Shown: piece by piece, positions 8,311 through 17,554 of the stretch | Position numbering within the stretch: the stretch's first letter is position 1 | Layout: every line of letters begins with the position of its first letter | Assembly: GCA_964540105.1 (NCBI GenBank) | Contig: CAZILL010000001.1 | Span: forward strand, 315,649 to 379,648 | Direction of reading: 5' to 3' | Source of the DNA: an uncultured Ignavibacteriales bacterium | GTDB lineage: Bacteria; Zixibacteria; MSB-5A5; GN15; FEB-12 | DNA: 64,000 nt | Translations under genes and position numbers: made by a program | The notes under the pieces: model-generated | The model's database searches: none | The model's input: only the letters and a program-made list of their open reading frames with translations | What the model was told of the DNA's origin: nothing

Positions 8311-10236
8311 ATGTCACCACTATTTCGACTCTTGCTGATTGTCGCTGTCATTGGCATGGCTGTCATGGTGTCGCCGAGCGCACTGGGCTCCGACTGGGGT
8401 AAAGTGTCGGACGAGGAATGGCAGACGGGACGACCGATCGATTTCCCAGATGCCAATGCTGTCGTCCTCTTCAGCCGCTGCAGCCTTTTGGTGTCAATCA
8501 CGGGGATCACCATGGATTGCCATGTTCGCATGAAAGTCTTCAACAAGACTGGTGCGACCGACATCGGCGATGTCGAGATTCCATACTATGACGGCGACAA
8601 GTTCAAAGTTCTCAAGGCGCAGACGATCACCCCGGACGGCAAGACGCTCAAGGTTGAAGGGCGCGACATGTTCGAGAAGAAAGCGGGTCATATCAAAGTT
8701 AAGTCGTTCTCATTTCCGGCTCTCGATAGCGGCTGTGTGGCGGAATATCGCTACAGCTGCTACCACAAACGCTATGCGCTGCTGGACCCGTGGTATTTCC
8801 AGGGGGCCATCTACGCCCTCCAATCGCAGTTTACGCTGATCCTGGCTCCTGGCTTCACCTACAGTTCGATCTTCTCCAAACCGAACGGCGGTTCGAGTGA
8901 AGCGGTTGAAGGAACACTGTCTAACATGGATGACCCCAGGCGTCCCCTCAAGACCTTCACCTGGACTCAGCGAAACCTGCCACCGATTACGAGTGAGCCG
9001 TACATGGGGGCCAGGGAGGACTACTGCTCGTCACTTCATTACCAGCTGGTCTCGTACAGCGACGCCGGCTATCATACATCGTTCGCAAAGGACTGGCTGG
9101 CGCTGGGGGAGTATCTGCAGGATTTTGTGGACGATTACGCCTCCGGAGGTGCAATCGACAAACTGCTTGCGCGGTTGGTGACACCAGACTCCACGAACGG
9201 AGAAAAGATTCGCAGGATCTATGACTGGGTTTCGGATTCCATCCAGACCAAAGATGACCCGAACAACGAGTGGTTCACCAACGAATCGATCGGTCAGCTG
9301 CTCAAGAACGGCTTTGGAACCGGCGCAGAGAAGAACATGCTGCTGGTGAAGATGGCCGGCAAGGCCGGTATGACAGCTCGACCGGTTTTCATCTCCACTC
9401 GTGGACATCGGCAGATCGATTCGAGATTGAGTCAACTGGAACAGTTCAATTACATGCTGTCCTATGTTGAGATTGATTCAGCCTCCGCCATGATTTTGGA
9501 CGGAGGTGCGAAGTATTGTCCCTATAGCATGTTGCCGGCTGAATGTCTGGTAGACGCCGGATTCCTCATTGATGGCAAGAAATCGCGCCTCATTCGCATC
9601 GGACGAGCCGATCCGAGAACCTATCGCCTTGACGCGACCGACATGGTCATCGATAGCGTCGGAGGGGCGTCCTGTACCACGACCAGCACATTCACCGGAT
9701 ATTTTGGTCCACAGTATGGGGAGTACAGCGATCGGAGCACACCGGATGAGTTCCTGCGCGAATATTTCCTGGACAAAGTCGACGAGCAGGCAATCATCGA
9801 CTCTCAGCATCTCGCCACCGATAGCCTGAATCGGTTCATCGTATATGCCGCTTACAAGATGGATGGATATGCGCGCCGGCTGGACAGTAACTTGGTCGTC
9901 AAGCCTCCCTATTTCCACTTGACCAGGAATCCCTTCAAGAGAGAGCGCCGCAGCTTCCCCGTCGATTTCAATTTTCCCTTTACCTACCACAGTGTCGTCC
10001 GTATTTCCACAACGGGAAAGCTGACAACAGCCAGCCTCCCTCACGACACCGCTTTTTCCATAGAAGGCGCGTCGTTTGTTCGGAGCAGCCAGATGCTCGA
10101 CGAGGTGGCAGTCGTCAGCAGCAAGTTGACCATTAGCGTTCCGGTTTTCGAGCCGACCAGGTATTCCGAATTGCGTAAACTTTTCGAACAGATAGTGCAG
10201 TCCGAGAGCGATGAAGCCATTCTTACCTGCGAGTAG
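8311..10236 (+). CDS. Secreted DUF3857-like protein with a degenerate transglutaminase-like domain
   Basis: The ATG at 8311 is preceded by GGGAGGG and gives the signal peptide MSPLFRLLLIVAVIGMAVMVSPSALG. The protein is a paralogue of the next gene. At the positions of the catalytic Cys and His it has GAEKN and FNYML. Confidence 0.6.
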   Translation: MSPLFRLLLIVAVIGMAVMVSPSALGSDWGKVSDEEWQTGRPIDFPDANAVVLFSRCSLLVSITGITMDCHVRMKVFNKTGATDIGDVEIPYYDGDKFKVLKAQTITPDGKTLKVEGRDMFEKKAGHIKVKSFSFPALDSGCVAEYRYSCYHKRYALLDPWYFQGAIYALQSQFTLILAPGFTYSSIFSKPNGGSSEAVEGTLSNMDDPRRPLKTFTWTQRNLPPITSEPYMGAREDYCSSLHYQLVSYSDAGYHTSFAKDWLALGEYLQDFVDDYASGGAIDKLLARLVTPDSTNGEKIRRIYDWVSDSIQTKDDPNNEWFTNESIGQLLKNGFGTGAEKNMLLVKMAGKAGMTARPVFISTRGHRQIDSRLSQLEQFNYMLSYVEIDSASAMILDGGAKYCPYSMLPAECLVDAGFLIDGKKSRLIRIGRADPRTYRLDATDMVIDSVGGASCTTTSTFTGYFGPQYGEYSDRSTPDEFLREYFLDKVDEQAIIDSQHLATDSLNRFIVYAAYKMDGYARRLDSNLVVKPPYFHLTRNPFKRERRSFPVDFNFPFTYHSVVRISTTGKLTTASLPHDTAFSIEGASFVRSSQMLDEVAVVSSKLTISVPVFEPTRYSELRKLFEQIVQSESDEAILTCE

Positions 10237-12112
10237 ATGGCGCCTGTGCCCGTTCCTGTGCAGCCTCCTCCTGGCCTCTTGGTTCTCGCAGGCTGGCAAT
10301 GCTGCTACAGCCGCAGTCGACGTCGCTCGCTTCGATTCGCTGTCACATCGCTGCTACGTAGAGGACAACGAGGCGGTGCTGCATGTCTTCAATCGAGTCA
10401 CGGTTCTCTCAGCGGCCGGAGAGGAATACGGCCGAGTCTGGGTTAGCGAGTCAAAATTCTCCAAACTGAAGTCAGTGGAGGTGCGTCTGATCGACGCCAC
10501 CGGCAGGGTGATGCTCAAGCGGAAGAAGGGAGACCTGACCAAACAGTGTGGTTTCGGCGATCACGGCGTGCTCTATTCGGACTATTGCTGGTACACTGCC
10601 GACCTCAGTGCTCCGGCCTATCCGTACAGCGTGGAGTGCGAGTATGAACAGGAATTGCGGTCTCTGTTCTTTGTGAACGGGGTCTCGCTTCAGCGCGGGA
10701 TTCCGATCCGTACGGCAGTAGTCGAGCTCAGCTTTTCATCTGATTACCCGATCGCCTATAAAGAATACGGATTCGATCGTGCACCGGTTGAACTGACGGA
10801 AAAGAAGCGTCGGACCCTGACCTGGACCCTGACCGACATTCCAGCCGGGGAGTCTTATTCGTACATACCGCCCGAGCATGTTGGCGGGATGCGACTGGAA
10901 CTCGTGGCTGAACGGTTTGATCTGGATGGACATACGTTCCACCAGAGATCGTGGAAGAATGTGGGGTTATGGGCAAAGGAGCTCTTTGACTCTCGCTATA
11001 ATGTAGGGTCGAAGCCGACAACCTCGCCCTCCCCGGACGAGGCGTTGAAGGCCGCGAAGCGAATCTACATGGACCTGATCCGTGCCGTCAGGTATGTGGC
11101 TGTGCAGATTGGAATCAGCGGCTGGCAGCCAAGCCTTGCGTCCGAAACTGAGGCAAAGAAGTACGGCGACTGCAAGGGGATGGCCGTCCTGCTGGTTTCA
11201 CAACTTCGTTCGGCGGGGATTGAAGCGTATCCGTGCCTCATTCTCACCAAAGGCGAAGGCGCCCTTGATACCAGCTTTGTCAATCTCGGATTCAACCATG
11301 TGATCGCCATGGCGCTGATTGGTCGGGACACACTCTGGATGGATCCCACCTGTGACGTTTGTCCTCCGGGAGATCTGCCCTCGAGTGACGAAGATAACAC
11401 TGTACTGATCATTACCGACCGCGGTGGAGTGCTGGTGAGAACTCCACGGCCAGTACCAAACGACAATCAGATCGTTAGAACTACTGCTTTGGAGGTCGAT
11501 GACACCGGCTTTGTCTCGATTGTCTCCAAGGTGTCGGTGACGGGCAACTATGCTCATAATATTCGGGCGAGCCTGCGGGAGTTGGCCAACGATGAAGCCG
11601 ACGAGTATATGCATACCTGGCTTCTCGGAGACAATCGCATGTTCAACCTCTCCCACTATACGACATCCAATCTCACCGATATCACCGTGCCACTTATCGT
11701 TGAAGCGCGGCTGAACAGTGTTCGACCGACAGACAGAATCGGACAGACTCACTATGTGCGTCCGATTCTGTTTTCGAGTCGAGACATATACGGCGACGCC
11801 AAGACGTCGGGACGATCGATACCGATTTCCCTGGGCTCCCCGCGATCAATAATTGACTCGGTCTTCATCCACGGCACGTCCCGGTTTCACATTGATTCGA
11901 TAGTTACACCAGTGAACGACTCAGCGATATGCCAGGGGGCCAGCGCGTCGATCAGTTTCACGCGCGACAGTACGGGCGCGACAGCCTGCTATGTCCAGGA
12001 GTTTCGCGGAGGTTCGGTGCCCACGGACCGCTTCGATGAGTTCACTCAATTCCTGGCTTTGCGTCGGAAGATTCTGGATACACCGGTGAAACTCCGGTCG
12101 GTTGCACGCTGA
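10211..12112 (+). CDS. Secreted DUF3857 + transglutaminase-like cysteine peptidase-fold protein
   Basis: It has a signal peptide. The transglutaminase-core triad context is present: YGDCKGMAVLL (Cys), FNHVIAMAL (His) and LWMDPT (Asp). The gene overlaps the preceding gene by 26 nt. Confidence 0.7.
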   Translation: MKPFLPASRWRLCPFLCSLLLASWFSQAGNAATAAVDVARFDSLSHRCYVEDNEAVLHVFNRVTVLSAAGEEYGRVWVSESKFSKLKSVEVRLIDATGRVMLKRKKGDLTKQCGFGDHGVLYSDYCWYTADLSAPAYPYSVECEYEQELRSLFFVNGVSLQRGIPIRTAVVELSFSSDYPIAYKEYGFDRAPVELTEKKRRTLTWTLTDIPAGESYSYIPPEHVGGMRLELVAERFDLDGHTFHQRSWKNVGLWAKELFDSRYNVGSKPTTSPSPDEALKAAKRIYMDLIRAVRYVAVQIGISGWQPSLASETEAKKYGDCKGMAVLLVSQLRSAGIEAYPCLILTKGEGALDTSFVNLGFNHVIAMALIGRDTLWMDPTCDVCPPGDLPSSDEDNTVLIITDRGGVLVRTPRPVPNDNQIVRTTALEVDDTGFVSIVSKVSVTGNYAHNIRASLRELANDEADEYMHTWLLGDNRMFNLSHYTTSNLTDITVPLIVEARLNSVRPTDRIGQTHYVRPILFSSRDIYGDAKTSGRSIPISLGSPRSIIDSVFIHGTSRFHIDSIVTPVNDSAICQGASASISFTRDSTGATACYVQEFRGGSVPTDRFDEFTQFLALRRKILDTPVKLRSVAR

Positions 12113-12228
12113 TCGCGGGCCTGGTGCGGGTACCTTTGCGTGAGGATTCAGATGTTGCCTTTGCTTCCCGGACTCTTCTCGGTTCTTCAAACTGAGTATG
12201 ACCTCAGAAACGGGAGAGGGTAGTCGGA

Positions 12229-13737
12229 ATGAATGAACGAAGCTCCATCGACTTCAAGTGGCTCTACTTGATCCTCGCGATGGCTAACCTGATTCCGATT
12301 CTATTTGTGAAGTACCCAGCCGGGCTTGACTTGCCCAACCATACCCTTGCTGCCGCCTTGCATTCGTTTGATCCGTCAGACCCGCGGCGGGAGTACTTTC
12401 ACGTGCAGTGGATTTCTTCTCCTTACATCCTCTTCTCTCTGCTCATGTTTCCGCTTCTCAAGTTGTTCGGATATCTTACTGCCTTGAAGATTGTCCTGTC
12501 GATGGTTATCGTTGCGATCCCTTTGAGCGCACTGTTCTTCATGAAGGTCTTCAAACCGAGAGATTGGGAGTTCGCGTTTGGGTCCTTTTTGTTCCTGTTC
12601 ACCTTTCACTTCGAATACGGATTCATACCATATCTTATGGGGATACCGTTGGTGCTGCTAGGGCTGGCGTTTCTTAGGCTCCTGATCCAGGGTCCGATAC
12701 AGCGACGGCTCACGATCATAACATCAGTAGTCATAGCGCTCGCTTACCTCAGTCACATCATCAACATTCTGGCCCTTATCCTCGGCGCCGCAGTCCTGAT
12801 AGTGAGTCGCCCGGATCGTCAGGATCACCTGCGAGAGGGTCAGCATGTCAACCGGTACGACAAGGCTTGGCGTGTCGCGGCGACATTTCTTCCGGCGCTG
12901 CTATTGTTCGGACTGTTCATGGCACAACTTCCCGACGCCGGCGCATCAGGTGCCCAGGCGTTGGCTGCAATGAAGTATCGCTCTCTTTTTCATCAGCTGC
13001 AGGGTCCGATTCGAGTCTTCTTCTCGGTCAATCCGATTTTCGATGTTGTCATGATGAGTTGCGTGCTCAGTGTGATCGCAGCGCTATTCCTGTTAAGGAA
13101 GCTCCGATGGGTAGGTGGAGTCCCCTTCTGGCTCAGCGCTACCTACGTCGCCGTGATTCTCTTGATGCCGCGAGTGCGTTTTCTGGGGGGAACTGATCTC
13201 AGCTCGCGACTTGCGCTCTTCGGATCGCTGTCGCTGCTGGCAAGCCTGGGATTCGTGTCGAGAGGCGCCCGAAACGCTCTGATCGCTGTGATGACGCTGT
13301 TCGTCATAGCCAATGTTTCGTTCCGCATACAATATTACTCTGCCGTTAGTCGTCTCACGGAGCAGTATGTGCAGGCTACGGAGGAGCACATTCCTCCTCG
13401 ACAGAAGGTGCTCACCACCCATTGTGGGTTTCCGTCGTCAAAGCTCAGACCGCTACTTCATGCCATTGGCTGGTATCACGTCGAGAAAGGTGGCGTCAGT
13501 CCGTTTCTGCTCTACGAAAACCCTGCAGCAACCGGGGTTTCAACTACAGTAAAGCTGCCGGCGCTTTCGGAAGAATGGGAAGACCGGGATACGTTGAAAT
13601 TGAATGATGTGCTGTCACACTACGATTACTTTGTGGCGACGACCTGCGGATCGGCCCTGCCACAGAGCTTGACTCAACTCCGCGATCCCGTTCTGTTTCA
13701 GGATTCGGTGTGTACCATCTGGAAAGTGAGCAGGTGA
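12229..13737 (+). CDS. Polytopic integral membrane protein, function unknown
   Basis: It is a 502-aa ORF with more than 10 hydrophobic helices followed by a soluble C-terminal region. I recognised no family motif. Confidence 0.55.
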   Translation: MNERSSIDFKWLYLILAMANLIPILFVKYPAGLDLPNHTLAAALHSFDPSDPRREYFHVQWISSPYILFSLLMFPLLKLFGYLTALKIVLSMVIVAIPLSALFFMKVFKPRDWEFAFGSFLFLFTFHFEYGFIPYLMGIPLVLLGLAFLRLLIQGPIQRRLTIITSVVIALAYLSHIINILALILGAAVLIVSRPDRQDHLREGQHVNRYDKAWRVAATFLPALLLFGLFMAQLPDAGASGAQALAAMKYRSLFHQLQGPIRVFFSVNPIFDVVMMSCVLSVIAALFLLRKLRWVGGVPFWLSATYVAVILLMPRVRFLGGTDLSSRLALFGSLSLLASLGFVSRGARNALIAVMTLFVIANVSFRIQYYSAVSRLTEQYVQATEEHIPPRQKVLTTHCGFPSSKLRPLLHAIGWYHVEKGGVSPFLLYENPAATGVSTTVKLPALSEEWEDRDTLKLNDVLSHYDYFVATTCGSALPQSLTQLRDPVLFQDSVCTIWKVSR

Positions 13738-13877
13738 GAGCCTGAAGCGGGCGCTTTCTCTGCTCCCGCGTTTCGCCACTTTCCGCTCGACTATCAGCTC
13801 GCAGTTGACTAATTTTCCGCCCTGATGAAACAACACACGAAAGCGAAGTTCGTTCTGCTTGTCCAAGGAATCGGCGC

Positions 13878-16028
13878 ATGAATCTCTATGCACTCACCCA
13901 TCGCTTCGTGATGGCTCTTCTTTTGAACAGCGCTGATATCAGCGCAGGTCAGACCGATACCGCCAGCTACCAGCTTGAGCCGATTGTCGTGACCGGCACG
14001 CGCATGCCGATTGACTGGCTTGACGCCCCGGTTGCGCTGACAGTGATCCCGCAGTCAGTTCTCAAACAGAGTCGAGGGTATGGAGTCGACGAACTGTTGT
14101 CGACCGTGCCGGGCGTGCTCGCGCAGTCTCGTTCGGGCAGCCACGATGTTCGTCTGACCGTTCGCGGGTTCGGCGCTCGCGGCGCAGGGGAACGCTCCAA
14201 TGCCGGAACGTCGCGTGGAATACGTGTGCTACTAGATGGTTTCCCCGAGACGGAGCCCGATGGCCGTACGGCTTTCGACCTGGTCGATCTCTCCTACGCA
14301 GGATCAGTCGAAGTGGTCCGTTCCAACGTTTCGTCGATCTGGGGAAACGCCGCCGGGGGGGTTATCAATGTTCTTTCGAACACAAGTTTCACGACCCCCT
14401 TCGCAGCAACGCAGGTAACGTTTGGCAGCTTTGGGTACCGTAAGGATCTCCTCACCGCCGGAGCCATGATCGGATCGGGGCGGCTCTTTCTCACGTTGAG
14501 CAACACGAACTTCGACGGCTGGCGCACGCATTCGCGAAGCGCTCGGTCACTATTAAACGCCGGTGTCGTTTCTCCCATAGGAGCGAGAACAACCCTGGGG
14601 CTCTATCTGACCGCCGCGAGTAATCTCTTTCGCATTCCGGGACCACTAACCCAAGCGCAATTCGACGCCGATCCACAACGGGCGCAGGATTCGGCATTCA
14701 ACGGAAAACCGAGCTACATTCAGCGCGACGAGCGACGCTTTGACCGCCTGGGGCGACTCGGATTCAAGCTGGCCCATGACTTTGACAGCGGCAATTCCCT
14801 CTCAGCGTCGGTTTTTGTTGGACCCAAGTATCTGCAGCGCTCTGAACGCAATTCGTTCCGCGACTTCACCCGCTATCATGTCGGCGGGAGCGCCCTCTAT
14901 CGCCACAGTTCGACGCTGGGGTCTCGCATGAAGAACACTTTGATGCTCGGCATGGATGAAGCCTATCAAGACGGGGCGATCCTCTTCCACAATCTCGTCG
15001 ATGGCCAGCGCGGAACAACCACACGAGACAACAAACGCGAGGGGGCGAACAACCTGGGGCTATTCATCGAAAACCAACTCACTATAGATAATCGTTCGAC
15101 GGTCTTGTTTGGCGGTCGCTATGACGATATCGTCTACTATTACGACGACTACCTGCGGCCGCAGCGGAACGACCGAAAGTCGTTCCGGAGATTCACGCCG
15201 AAAGTGGGAATGTCGTATCGGCTCAACGAGAAACAGAGCATCTATCTCAGTATCGGTGGAGGCGTCGAGGCGCCGGCCGGCAATGAAACCGATCCCGCTC
15301 CGACGAATGGTTTAGATACAGCCACCACCCTGAACCCGCTGCTGAAACCGATTCGTTCGACAACCTTTGAACTGGGCATCAAGCATATTGTGAACCCCGA
15401 CGGGGAACGATTCCTGCGACGTCTGACGTATGATATTGCGCTCTATTGGATCGAAGTTCGCGATGATATCGTTCCCTATGAGAGCGGGGGATTCTACTTT
15501 ACCGCAGGAAAGACCCGGCGACAGGGGCTCGAAGCCTCGATGGTAGCCGACCTGAGCAGCGGCGTATCAGTTCAAGGCGCCGTAACCTTTTCGCGAAATC
15601 GATATGTCCAATACCTGATTGACTCAGCATATTCCGGTTTTCATGCTGACTACCGTGACAACAAGATCGCCGGCACGCCCGACTTCTTCTTCAGGACATC
15701 GCTCAGATATGCGCCGCGCTGGGTCTCCGGTGTTTCGGGCGAGATCAGCGCCCAGGGTGTGAGCGGCTACTTCGCCGACGACGCCAACAGTGTCGCGGTG
15801 CCAGCCTACATAATAGCAAATGCGGCGTTCATGTTTCAGAATCTCTACGTGTATCAGCGTCACCTTGCGCTAAACGGTTCAATAGCTTTGAACAACCTGA
15901 CTAACCGGCAATACGCCGCTTCAGCCTTTGTGAATCCTGATCGAAACATCAGAAACGAGCCGATCTTCCTTGAGCCCGGGTTGCCTCGCAACTGGACTGT
16001 TTTGCTGTCACTTCGTTGGGATTTTTGA
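13878..16028 (+). CDS. TonB-dependent receptor
   Basis: Plug-domain start YQLEPIVVTGTR, a long beta-barrel body, and a C-terminal aromatic residue (LLSLRWDF). Confidence 0.85.
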   Translation: MNLYALTHRFVMALLLNSADISAGQTDTASYQLEPIVVTGTRMPIDWLDAPVALTVIPQSVLKQSRGYGVDELLSTVPGVLAQSRSGSHDVRLTVRGFGARGAGERSNAGTSRGIRVLLDGFPETEPDGRTAFDLVDLSYAGSVEVVRSNVSSIWGNAAGGVINVLSNTSFTTPFAATQVTFGSFGYRKDLLTAGAMIGSGRLFLTLSNTNFDGWRTHSRSARSLLNAGVVSPIGARTTLGLYLTAASNLFRIPGPLTQAQFDADPQRAQDSAFNGKPSYIQRDERRFDRLGRLGFKLAHDFDSGNSLSASVFVGPKYLQRSERNSFRDFTRYHVGGSALYRHSSTLGSRMKNTLMLGMDEAYQDGAILFHNLVDGQRGTTTRDNKREGANNLGLFIENQLTIDNRSTVLFGGRYDDIVYYYDDYLRPQRNDRKSFRRFTPKVGMSYRLNEKQSIYLSIGGGVEAPAGNETDPAPTNGLDTATTLNPLLKPIRSTTFELGIKHIVNPDGERFLRRLTYDIALYWIEVRDDIVPYESGGFYFTAGKTRRQGLEASMVADLSSGVSVQGAVTFSRNRYVQYLIDSAYSGFHADYRDNKIAGTPDFFFRTSLRYAPRWVSGVSGEISAQGVSGYFADDANSVAVPAYIIANAAFMFQNLYVYQRHLALNGSIALNNLTNRQYAASAFVNPDRNIRNEPIFLEPGLPRNWTVLLSLRWDF

Positions 16029-16084
16029 CCAAAATTGCCGCGATCGTATCCTCTTTCGCGCCGTTTTTTCGCGTGAAATTCTAA

Positions 16085-16114
16085 TTGCATCTGTTTTTAC
16101 ATACTCGTTATATA
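16085..16114 (+). promoter_or_regulatory. Sigma70-like promoter candidate (TTGCAT-N18-TATATA)
   Basis: TTGCAT at 16085-16090 and TATATA at 16109-16114. They lie upstream of the AAGGAGG RBS and TTG start of the small OMP gene. Confidence 0.3.
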
Positions 16115-16194
16115 GTGCTGAAAGAAAAGGACTTTGGGCGCATTGGATGACGCCGATAAGACAACTAACTGTTCGTATCATAAGGAGGTAAGGT

Positions 16195-16794
16195 TTGGGT
16201 AAACGAATTCTCATGGCAGCTGCGGCCCTTCTGCTGGCTGTTCCGGTTATCAGTTCTGCAAAGGATATGAAGGGGAGGTTCGGTTGTGGATTCAACAGTA
16301 GCCAGGCTCCAATCGGGGCGCGGTATTGGTTTTCAAATACTCTCGGCGCCGACCTCGGCATAGGTTTCGAGGCTGTCCGTTTCCCGAAGGGGAAGAACAC
16401 AGCCGAAAAGGCTGCTGAAAAAGAGGGGGCCAACAGTTTCTGGATAGAGGCCGGCATCCCTTTTGTGGTCTACCCGACCGAAAAGGCAAACCTGATGATT
16501 CATCTCAGCGGACTGCTTGGGTTCGAGGATGACAATCGGTACGAGTACCATCTGCCGCATCTCGGCGATACGATTACGTATACGATTACGGGACACACTT
16601 CTACTCGTTTCAGCATCAGACTCACGCCGACCGTGGAACTCTGGTTGACCGACAACTTTTCCCTTCAAGCCGGTCATGGTGTAGAGTTTCAGATCGTCAA
16701 CCCCTATAAGGAAACGAAGGTCGACGCGAGCTATCGTTTTGGTACTTTCGCCGCACCGATTACCGAATTCGGATTCCATTTCTACTTTAAGTAA
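16195..16794 (+). CDS. Small outer-membrane beta-barrel protein
   Basis: TTG start about 9 nt after AAGGAGG. Signal peptide MGKRILMAAAALLLAVPVISSA, alternating hydrophobic strands, and a C-terminal FGFHFYFK. Confidence 0.6.
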   Translation: MGKRILMAAAALLLAVPVISSAKDMKGRFGCGFNSSQAPIGARYWFSNTLGADLGIGFEAVRFPKGKNTAEKAAEKEGANSFWIEAGIPFVVYPTEKANLMIHLSGLLGFEDDNRYEYHLPHLGDTITYTITGHTSTRFSIRLTPTVELWLTDNFSLQAGHGVEFQIVNPYKETKVDASYRFGTFAAPITEFGFHFYFK

Positions 16795-16912
16795 GGGTAT
16801 CGTGCCGGCACGAGCCGAGCGCTGAAGAGATGAGGGCGGAAGAGAGAGCAGACCCTGTTCCTCGAACCGCCCTTGTTCTTTTGTCTGTGACAATCAAATA
16901 GTCCTATCGTTC

Positions 16913-17545
16913 ATGTCCAGGGAACGTACCTTTCCATTCGAATTCGAATCACGCAAGCCAGTCTATTTCTATCCCGCGCAACCGGAGCTGATTTCCGGTG
17001 ACGTTCTGGAGATCGGTCCGGGGCGGGGAGATCTGCTGCTCTCCGAGTCAGCCCAGCGCCCAGAACTCCGCTTCGTCGGGGTTGAGCTGAATGGCTTCCG
17101 TTTCCGCAAGCTCTCACGCCGCGCTGCAAAGCGAAATCTCGCAAATGTCCTGCTCATCAAGGGGAACGCCCGCATTGTCATCCCCCGCTTCTTCTCCGGT
17201 CCCACATTTGAGAAAATTTACGTGCTCTTCCCCGATCCCTGGCCCAAAGAGCGGCACGCCTTCAACCGCCTGTTGTCGATTGGATTCCTTCAGATCCTGA
17301 CCGATATCCTGCGCCCGAAGGGGGTGATAGTCGTCGCTACTGATGACGCACCATATGCCGAATGGGTCGCGGCCAACGGCGCGGCGATCAGGTCGCTGTC
17401 GTCAGGCGGTATTCAGGAAGTCGACGCGGGTTCAATCCTCCCGAGTGGCGAACAGACTTTCTTCGAAGAGCTTTGGCGCGAGAAGGGAAAACGGATCTAC
17501 CAGCTGCGCTTTGAGAAAATGCTATCGGGAGTCTCGTCGGGCTAA
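16913..17545 (+). CDS. trmB: tRNA (guanine-N7)-methyltransferase
   Basis: SAM-binding motif LEIGPGRGD and the diagnostic LFPDPWPKERHAFNRL motif. Confidence 0.8.
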   Translation: MSRERTFPFEFESRKPVYFYPAQPELISGDVLEIGPGRGDLLLSESAQRPELRFVGVELNGFRFRKLSRRAAKRNLANVLLIKGNARIVIPRFFSGPTFEKIYVLFPDPWPKERHAFNRLLSIGFLQILTDILRPKGVIVVATDDAPYAEWVAANGAAIRSLSSGGIQEVDAGSILPSGEQTFFEELWREKGKRIYQLRFEKMLSGVSSG

Positions 17546-17554
17546 CTTCGCCGA

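Noticed and set aside
16008-16893. Minus-strand ORFs 16008-16457 and 16333-16893 opposite the small OMP gene
   Set aside because: The plus-strand product has an RBS, a signal peptide, beta-strand periodicity and a C-terminal aromatic motif. The minus-strand translations have none of these.
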